DNA from: Xanthobacteraceae bacterium
GTDB taxonomy: Bacteria > Pseudomonadota > Alphaproteobacteria > Rhizobiales > Xanthobacteraceae
DNA: 64,000 nucleotides
Reading direction: 5' to 3'
NCBI GenBank assembly: GCA_035623195.1
Contig: DASPTX010000114.1
Span: 16,293 to 80,292 of the forward strand
Shown here: positions 57,944 through 64,000 of the stretch, in pieces
Position numbering within the stretch: the stretch's first letter is position 1
Layout of the letters: each line of letters starts with the position of its first letter
The notes under the pieces: model-generated
Databases searched by the model: none
What the model was told of the DNA's origin: nothing
The model's input: only the letters and a program-made list of their open reading frames with translations
Program-made: the position numbers and the translations under genes

Positions 57944-58937
57944 GGCGGCCCCAGACTTGGCGGCGATTGCGGAAAGCATTGCGCAGCACCGGCGCGAGAC
58001 GTTGCCACAATTCGAATAAGCCGCCCGGCTCGAACCGCGCGATCAAGACGATAATGCCGCCGTAGAGAATGTAAGTCAGTCCCGATCCGCCGCCGCCGAA
58101 CCACGTGTTGGTCGCGCTTTGCAACGGAATGAGGATGAGCGCGCCAATAAGCGGCCCGAACAGGGTTCCGGCGCCGCCGAGCGCGGCGACAATGACCATC
58201 TGCACGGAAATGAGAATGCCGAAGCCGCTGTCGGGATCGATAAAGCCGGTCTTGATGACGTAAAGCGAACCGGCGATCGAGGTGAACGCGGCCGAGAGCA
58301 CAAGTGCCTTCATCTTGGTCCGCCGCACCGGAACGCCGAGACTGCGCGCGGCGCGCTCGCTGGCCTTGATCGCGCGCAGATATAATCCGAAGCGCCGGCG
58401 TTCGATCACGCTCGTTACCGCCAGCAGAACCGCAAGCACGGCAAGGAACAAGTAGTAGTAAGGCAGCTCACCGCGGAAGGTGAGGTCCCACCAGCCCCGC
58501 GCGGTTGCCGGGCCCTGTAATCCGATCGCGGCGCCGACGAAATCCCAGGTGCCGGTGAAAATCCGGATCAGTTCGGCGACCGCAATGGTCGCCATGCTGA
58601 AATAGTGTCCGGTCAGCCGGAATGTCGGCAGGCCGACGACGAGCGCAAGCGCGATCGAGAGCGCGATGCCTGCGGGAATTCCGGCCATGGGAGGCCACCC
58701 CCATAGCGAGTAAAAAAGCAGCGGCGTGTAAGCGCCCAAGCCGAAGAACATGCTGTGGCCGACCGAGACCTGGCCGGCATAGCCGCCGACGATATTCCAG
58801 GCCGAGGCCGAAATCGCCGCGAGCAGAAACGTGACGCCGATATCGCGATAGAAGGCGCCGGTGAAGATCAGCGGATAAAGCAGCAGCGCCGCCGCGAGCA
58901 GAACGACCGGCAGGCGTGCGGGCAAGGATCGTTTCAC
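57936..58937 (-). CDS. livM: branched-chain amino acid ABC transporter permease
   Basis: Only the C-terminal 334 codons of track ORF 57936-59462 are LivM-like. GTG at 58937 forms a GTGA overlap with the livH stop. Confidence 0.8.
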   Translation of the reverse strand: MKRSLPARLPVVLLAAALLLYPLIFTGAFYRDIGVTFLLAAISASAWNIVGGYAGQVSVGHSMFFGLGAYTPLLFYSLWGWPPMAGIPAGIALSIALALVVGLPTFRLTGHYFSMATIAVAELIRIFTGTWDFVGAAIGLQGPATARGWWDLTFRGELPYYYLFLAVLAVLLAVTSVIERRRFGLYLRAIKASERAARSLGVPVRRTKMKALVLSAAFTSIAGSLYVIKTGFIDPDSGFGILISVQMVIVAALGGAGTLFGPLIGALILIPLQSATNTWFGGGGSGLTYILYGGIIVLIARFEPGGLFELWQRLAPVLRNAFRNRRQVWGRHV

Positions 58938-59797
58938 GCTTTGCCCATCAGGCCCTGCGGCCGAAACCACAACAGCGCGACGAAGAGCGCGTAGACGACA
59001 ATGTCCTTGTAGATCGCGCCGAGCCAGTAGGCGGAGATCGCCTGGATCAAGCCGATGATCAATCCGGCATAGAGCGAGCCGAGCACGCTGCCGAAGCCGC
59101 CGAGCGCGACGACGACGAAGGCGATGAGACCGAACGTCTCGCCGACCGACGGCGACCACGGATAGGCCGTCGCCATCAATGCCCCAGCGATCCCAGCGGC
59201 GCCGGCGGACAGCCCCCAAGCCAGCATCTGCATGCGATCGGGGCGAATTCCCATCAGCATTGCCGCGGCGCGATCCTCCGCAACTGCCAAAAGCTTGCTG
59301 CCGACGGTGGTGCGGGTCAGGAGGAGGTGCAACGCAAGCGTGAGCGCGATGGCGACGATGCCGGTGACGAGCTGCGCCGTCGGAAGAAACAGGCCGCCGA
59401 GCTTGATCGTGCCGGCGAGCGAGGTCTGCGGCAGGGTGACGAAATTGGCGGAAAAAATCCAAAACGCCGTGTAGCGCAGAAGAAGCGCGAGGCCGAACGT
59501 CGAGAGGATTTGCGCAAGCATCGGCCCGCGGATGACGTGGCGGACCAGCGCAAGATAAACGCCGACGCCCAGCACGAATAAAGCGAGCGCCGCCGCGATG
59601 CTAAACACCGGCGGGCCGCCGCCGAGCCAGACAACGACCAGAAAGGCGACATACATGCCCAGCATGACGAATTCGCCATGGGCGAAATTGATGAAATTCA
59701 TCATGCCCCAGATCAGCGTGAGACCCGAGGAAAACAGGGCATAGACGGCCCCGAGAAGGAGGCCCCCGACGATCACCTGCAGGTAGATCATGCACAC
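58934..59797 (-). CDS. livH: branched-chain amino acid ABC transporter permease
   Basis: 287 aa. IVGGLLLGAVYALFSSGLTLIWGMMNFINFAHGEF is the typical LivH N-terminus. Confidence 0.85.
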   Translation of the reverse strand: MCMIYLQVIVGGLLLGAVYALFSSGLTLIWGMMNFINFAHGEFVMLGMYVAFLVVVWLGGGPPVFSIAAALALFVLGVGVYLALVRHVIRGPMLAQILSTFGLALLLRYTAFWIFSANFVTLPQTSLAGTIKLGGLFLPTAQLVTGIVAIALTLALHLLLTRTTVGSKLLAVAEDRAAAMLMGIRPDRMQMLAWGLSAGAAGIAGALMATAYPWSPSVGETFGLIAFVVVALGGFGSVLGSLYAGLIIGLIQAISAYWLGAIYKDIVVYALFVALLWFRPQGLMGKA

Positions 59798-59867
59798 CGT
59801 CGTCCGGGCCGGTCGGCCATGGCTCGGTCAGATCATGACTCTGCCATTCCGTCGGCTCCGTTCAGAC

Positions 59868-60012
59868 TATGGCATGATCCGGAAAAGTGGAAACCGGTTT
59901 TCCGAGAAGATCATGCCTCATTAAATGCCTATGGCATGATCCGGAAAAGTGGAAACCGGTTTTCCGAGAAGATCATGCCTCATCGAATGCCTATGGCATG
60001 ATCCGGAAAAAG
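59868..60012. repeat. REP element, short form, 2.3 tandem copies (period 62 bp)
   Basis: TATGGCATGATCCGGAAAAGTGGAAACCGGTTTTCCGAGAAGATCATGCCTCAT..AATGCC starts at 59868, 59930 and 59992 (the last copy truncated). Confidence 0.9.
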
Positions 60013-60180
60013 TTTAAGCCTCAAGGCTTGCGGTAACTGCTACAGGTCGGTCCGTGGTCGTTGCGGTATTGCTGCCGCCACCAGAAGCAGCCGAATGGAA
60101 CGACCGCGGAAAACATCGCCTCTTGGTTAGACATTTCCTTGTGGGTGGCGTTGCACTCCCACACGCCGCACACGATGAGA

Positions 60181-60348
60181 CTAAAGGCGGAAATCATCAT
60201 TCCACCCGTAACCCAAGGCCCCGCACCTGAACCAGGAAGGCTGCATCTGGGGTGGCGGCGTCGGCCGTGGCGCCGGCGCAGCGCCGCACCAGCCGGGCGT
60301 CACCGCAGCCGTCGATAGAGCCGCCACGAGCAACAGAGTTCTTATCAT
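60181..60348 (-). CDS. small secreted Pro-rich protein (55 aa)
   Basis: ATG at 60348 preceded by GGGGGAGAAA. MIRTLLLVAALSTAAVTPGWCGAAPAPRPTPPPQMQPSWFRCGALGYGWNDDFRL has a signal-peptide-like start and two Cys. Confidence 0.4.
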   Translation of the reverse strand: MIRTLLLVAALSTAAVTPGWCGAAPAPRPTPPPQMQPSWFRCGALGYGWNDDFRL

Positions 60349-60607
60349 CGTCGATTTCTCCCCCACTCCCGGCGCGCTTCAAGCGGCACCGAGAAAAAAT
60401 CCTACGAAGCACGTAAACTTCGCACGACGATGACAATCCAAGATTTGTATGTTGGCAATCATAGTAGTGGCTTCGCACGAGCAAAATTCGAGAATTTTTT
60501 CAGGATGATATATTTGCAACAATCGGCGGCTCTTTCCGGTTGTATGGCCTTAAGATTACCCACGCGATCCGCTGTTTGACGCCGACTTATCCACCGCAGC
60601 CGAAAGC

Positions 60608-61480
60608 TCACGCCGAAGGTAGCGTCTCTTCCGGCGGCCGGCGCGCAAGCCCGTCGCCAACCTGTCGTAAAAGCATCCGCCGCCAGCCCTTGAGCGGCAA
60701 GAGATAGGCGTCGCGGAGCGACCGCACCGATACCCCGGCGACCCCTGTCGAGGGGCATTCGCTCCATCGCGGGGCGACCCCGGTGCCGAAGAGGATGTCC
60801 CAGACCGGAAACCAATTGACGAAATTCCGGTCGATATGTTCTGGCCTCAGCGAATGATGAACGCGATGGTAGTTCGGGCTCACCAGCAACCACCAAAACG
60901 GACCGAAGCCGAGATTGATATTGGCATGCGTGAAATAAAGCCACGCATAGGGAATAAGCGAAAGAATTGCGATCGTGACCGGCGGGACCTGAAACAGGAT
61001 CGCGGTCGGAACCGTGACGAAAACCGGCGCCAGAACGAATTCCAAGACATGATGGCGGGCCGCGGTCGTCACGTTCATGTGCTCGTCGCAATGATGCAGC
61101 ACGTGGAGCTGCCAGAGCACTTGACTGCCGTGCTCGGCGCGATGCTGCCAATATTGCAGAAAATCCCAAATCAACGTTCCGACGAACAGCGCGAAAAGGC
61201 TGCCGCCGATCCCTGCGAAGCCGAGCGCGCGCAGATCGATGAAGCCGAAGCCGACCTTTTGAATCCCATAGGCGGCGGCGAGCGATAAGAATGGCGCGAT
61301 CGTGCCCACCGCGAAGACATTCACAAAGGCGAAGCCGAGATCGAGCGCGTAATGGCTGCGCGGGATGCGTTGCGCCGGAAAGAAATATTCGGCCAGGCCG
61401 ACGAGGATGAACATCGTCAGCATCAGATCGAAATCGTCGCCGAGCACGATGTTCAGGAACCAGACTAGGAACGACTCCAT
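60608..61480 (-). CDS. fatty acid hydroxylase / sterol desaturase family membrane protein
   Basis: Histidine boxes HRAEH, HVLHH and HRVHH in a multi-TM protein. Confidence 0.85.
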   Translation of the reverse strand: MESFLVWFLNIVLGDDFDLMLTMFILVGLAEYFFPAQRIPRSHYALDLGFAFVNVFAVGTIAPFLSLAAAYGIQKVGFGFIDLRALGFAGIGGSLFALFVGTLIWDFLQYWQHRAEHGSQVLWQLHVLHHCDEHMNVTTAARHHVLEFVLAPVFVTVPTAILFQVPPVTIAILSLIPYAWLYFTHANINLGFGPFWWLLVSPNYHRVHHSLRPEHIDRNFVNWFPVWDILFGTGVAPRWSECPSTGVAGVSVRSLRDAYLLPLKGWRRMLLRQVGDGLARRPPEETLPSA

Positions 61481-61609
61481 CGCCGAATCCCCGTTTCACC
61501 CAATCCGGCGGGCGCGCCTCGTCGCAGCGCATGCCCGCGTTCATGCTAGCCCGATTTGTTCCGGCCTAGCAATCCGGCTTGTTCGGCCTCGTGCACACGC
61601 CGGCGCTGG

Positions 61610-61711
61610 GACATGATCCGGGAACGTGGAAACCGGTTTTCGGAAAAGATCATGCCTCATCAAATATCTAGAGCCGCAATCGATTCAGTTCGAAACGATT
61701 GCGGCTCTAGA
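61610..61711. repeat. REP element, short form, plus a perfect 16-bp-stem hairpin module (copy J)
   Basis: GACATGATCCGGGAACGTGGAAACCGGTTTTCGGAAAAGATCATGCCTCATCA, then TCTAGAGCCGCAATCG-N13-CGATTGCGGCTCTAGA (61667-61711). The TAG stop of the TPR-GT9 gene lies in the right arm. Confidence 0.85.
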
Positions 61712-63380
61712 ATGGGTGGGATTTCAGCGCATCGGCGACGCGAACGATGACCGTATCCCAATCGTTAAGCGAAGTTTGGCGGAACAACCGCGCCAACGGG
61801 TACCAAGGCGTTGTCTCGCCGCCGAGCGTCCAGCGCCAATCCGGAGCGAATGGCACGAGCACCCATAACGGCCGGCCGAGCGCGCCGGAAAGGTGCGCCG
61901 GCGCGGTATCGACGGTGATGACAAGATCGCACAATGAAAGCACGGCGGCGGTATCGCTGAAGTCTTCGAGCGCGCCGCCGAGATGCGTCAGCCGTGCCTC
62001 GCCGGCAAGCGCTGCGGCGTCGGCGTCGCGAATATCGCGCTGAATGCCGACGAAGCTTCCCGGCAGCGCAAACAGCGGGGCCAACGTGGCGAATGGGATC
62101 GACCGGCTGCGGTCGTTTTCGTGCGCCGGATTGCCCGACCAGGCGAGGGCGATGCGCGGCCGCGGCAGCGCTTCGATCCGCGCCGACCAATGCCGCACGC
62201 GCTCCGCATCGGCGGTCAGATAAGGAATCGGCGCCGGCACCGTTGCGAGTTCGGTTTTCATCGCCAGCGGCAGGCTGCCGAGCGGACAATGCGCGTCGAA
62301 CGGCGGCGGCGCTTCGCCGCGCGCCAGGATCCGCGCGGCGCCTTCGAGACCCGCGAGCAGCGATTTTAATTCCGGCTGCACTTCGAGCACGACCGTGGCG
62401 CCGCCTGCGGCAACAAGCGGCACATAGCGCGCGAACTGGATGGTATCGCCCAACCCTTGCTCGGCGTGCAGCAGCACGGTCTTGCGGTGCAGCGGATATT
62501 CGCCTCGCCACAGCGGCCGGCCGCGGCCTTTTTGCGGCGGCATGCCGGTGCGCCGCCAGCGCCATTCGTAATCCTGAAAGCCGCGGCGATATTCGCCGAG
62601 CGTGAGCAGCGCCAGCGCCCGATTGAAATGCGCATCCGCATGGTCCTTGCCGCGCGCCAGAACCTCGTCGTAGCTCGCGACCGCCTCGTCGAAGCGCCGC
62701 AGCTGCGAAAGCGCGCGGCCGCGATTGAGCCTGGCGCCGATATGGTCGCGCAGCACGGCAAGGACGCGATCGTTGGCGGCCACGGCGTCGGCATAGCGGC
62801 CGAGTTGAAGGAGAACGACGCCACGGTTGAAATGCGCGATCGGATGGTGCGGCAACAGCGCGAGCGCGGCGTCGAATTCAGCGAGCGCCAATTCGCTCGA
62901 TCCAAGCGCCGCCTGGGCCAATCCGCTATTGATGCGTGCCTCGATATGCTGCGGGGCGCGCGCCAGCACCGCTTGGAATTCGGCGAGCGCCTCGCGCGGC
63001 CGGTCCAAGCTCAAGAGCGCATTGGCGTGCTGATAGAGGATATCGGCGTCGTCGGGCGCGAGCGCGAGCGCCTTGTCGAAACATTCGAGCGCTTCCGGCG
63101 CGCGCTTGAGCGCGTAATGAGTCTGGCCGAGATTGCTCCAGGCCTGCGGCGCGCGCGGATCGGCCTTCACCGCCGCACCGAACAGCCGCTGCGCCTCGCC
63201 GAAATGTCCTTGACGCGCCTTGATCGAGCCGAGGAGATTGAGCGCGTCGAAATGGCCGGGCACGGATTTGAGCACGCGCGCGTAGATTTTCTCCGCCTCG
63301 TGCAGCCGTCCCTGCCGATGCAACGCCACCGCTTCGCCGAGCGCTTGGCCGGGATCGAACGGGCCGGACCTTGCCGTCAC
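61707..63380 (-). CDS. TPR-repeat protein fused to a GT9 (heptosyltransferase-like) glycosyltransferase domain
   Basis: The N-terminal ~270 aa are TPR units. The C-terminal half has QGLGDTIQFARY and VDTAPAHLSGALGRPLWVL, characteristic of the GT9 fold. Confidence 0.8.
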   Translation of the reverse strand: MTARSGPFDPGQALGEAVALHRQGRLHEAEKIYARVLKSVPGHFDALNLLGSIKARQGHFGEAQRLFGAAVKADPRAPQAWSNLGQTHYALKRAPEALECFDKALALAPDDADILYQHANALLSLDRPREALAEFQAVLARAPQHIEARINSGLAQAALGSSELALAEFDAALALLPHHPIAHFNRGVVLLQLGRYADAVAANDRVLAVLRDHIGARLNRGRALSQLRRFDEAVASYDEVLARGKDHADAHFNRALALLTLGEYRRGFQDYEWRWRRTGMPPQKGRGRPLWRGEYPLHRKTVLLHAEQGLGDTIQFARYVPLVAAGGATVVLEVQPELKSLLAGLEGAARILARGEAPPPFDAHCPLGSLPLAMKTELATVPAPIPYLTADAERVRHWSARIEALPRPRIALAWSGNPAHENDRSRSIPFATLAPLFALPGSFVGIQRDIRDADAAALAGEARLTHLGGALEDFSDTAAVLSLCDLVITVDTAPAHLSGALGRPLWVLVPFAPDWRWTLGGETTPWYPLARLFRQTSLNDWDTVIVRVADALKSHPF

Positions 63381-64000
63381 AGCCGGTTGATCCGCGCAAT
63401 ACGCCTGGTCACTTCGACCGGCGTGTCATTGTCCGACTTTGTCTTGAGCGCAAGCGCGGCGCGTGCCGCCGGCCGGTCGAGGCAGCGCATCAGCCAGGAC
63501 TTGAGATGCGGCCACGCCGACAGATCCATGTCGGCGGCTCGGCTGATCACCGCGGCGACGTTGAGATCGGCGACGGTGAATTCGGCGCCGAGCAAATAAG
63601 GATTCTTCGCGAGCGCCGTATCCAGCACCTTGAACGGCGGCGCGATCACCCCGAGCGCTTCGTCGCGCAGCTTGGCATCGCGCTCCGCCGGCGGCAGGCG
63701 CACCGCATGCAGCGACCAGATATTGACGCCGCGATCGACTTCGGCGATCGCCCAAAAGCTCCACTGCCAGGCCCTCGCCTCGGCTTCGACCGAGGCGGGA
63801 TAGAGCTTTCCAGGCGAATATTTCTTGGCGAGATAGAGTGTGATCGCGAGCGATTCCGACAGCACGAAATCGCCGTCGGCGATGACCGGCAGCCGCCCGT
63901 TGGGATTAAGCGCCAGGAATTCGGGCGCGCGCGCGCCGGCGTCGCCGATTTCGACCGGCAGATGCTCGTGGGCGAGCCCGAGCTCATGCGCCATCCACAG
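63377..64000 (-). CDS. glutathione S-transferase (N-terminus beyond window end)
   Basis: LALNPNGRLPVIADGDFVLSESLAITLYLAKKY thioredoxin-fold motif. The frame stays open to position 64000. Its stop overlaps the TPR-GT9 start. Confidence 0.85.
   Translation of the reverse strand: MWMAHELGLAHEHLPVEIGDAGARAPEFLALNPNGRLPVIADGDFVLSESLAITLYLAKKYSPGKLYPASVEAEARAWQWSFWAIAEVDRGVNIWSLHAVRLPPAERDAKLRDEALGVIAPPFKVLDTALAKNPYLLGAEFTVADLNVAAVISRAADMDLSAWPHLKSWLMRCLDRPAARAALALKTKSDNDTPVEVTRRIARINRL

Noticed and set aside
57936-59462. 508-aa ORF listed as one protein
   Set aside because: The N-terminal ~174 codons are an out-of-frame overlap with livH. Only the part from the GTG at 58937 is LivM-like.
56434-59797. 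livHMGF without a periplasmic binding-protein gene as an anomaly
   Set aside because: Orphan permease/ATPase sets with distant binding proteins are common in Rhizobiales. This is not informative on its own.

Overview
High-GC alphaproteobacterial (Rhizobiales-like) chromosomal window, densely coding. From left to right:
- 1-7.1 kb: an oxalate catabolism cluster (frc, oxc, a GntR regulator, an OxlT-type antiporter) and an AidB-like acyl-CoA dehydrogenase.
- 8-20.6 kb: an ABC exporter, a GT4 glycosyltransferase, an MFS transporter and a run of stress-type genes. These are a PRC-barrel protein, a Gly/Tyr-repeat secreted protein, a debranching-enzyme-like glycosidase, a His/Gly-rich LTXXQ protein, a DUF883 protein and an AI-2E transporter.
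- 20.9-24.2 kb: a large hybrid PAS/GAF histidine kinase.
- 24.4-39.2 kb: a trehalose locus (otsB, GH15, otsA) interrupted by an oppositely oriented pair (second GH15 plus glucose-dehydrogenase-like gene). It is followed by an MFS transporter and a tight tkt-gnd-zwf-pgl-gntK operon.
- 39.2-41.5 kb: an AT-richer patch with two frameshifted genes.
- 41.6-48.3 kb: a 2-hydroxyacid dehydrogenase, an HdeD/DUF308 membrane operon, and a lipid kinase / PAP2 / radical-SAM maturase trio.
- 48.3-54 kb: a decayed island ending at tRNA-fMet, with an integrase remnant, an Hsp20 relic, an orphan Flp pilin and small ORFs.
- 54-64 kb: a CHAD protein, livHMGF, a fatty-acid hydroxylase, a TPR-GT9 protein and a partial GST.

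Main result: seven intergenic, correctly oriented sigma-EcfG-type promoter motifs (GGAAC-N16-C/TGTT) lie between 9.9 and 33.2 kb. They link trehalose turnover, glucose oxidation, the oxidative pentose-phosphate operon, an ABC exporter, a sensor kinase and novel low-complexity secreted proteins into one putative general-stress regulon.

A mosaic palindromic REP family (at least 11 loci, two of them tandem arrays) fills intergenic gaps. It generates false ORF starts and supplies stop codons to several genes. No CRISPR array, rRNA gene or intact mobile element was seen.
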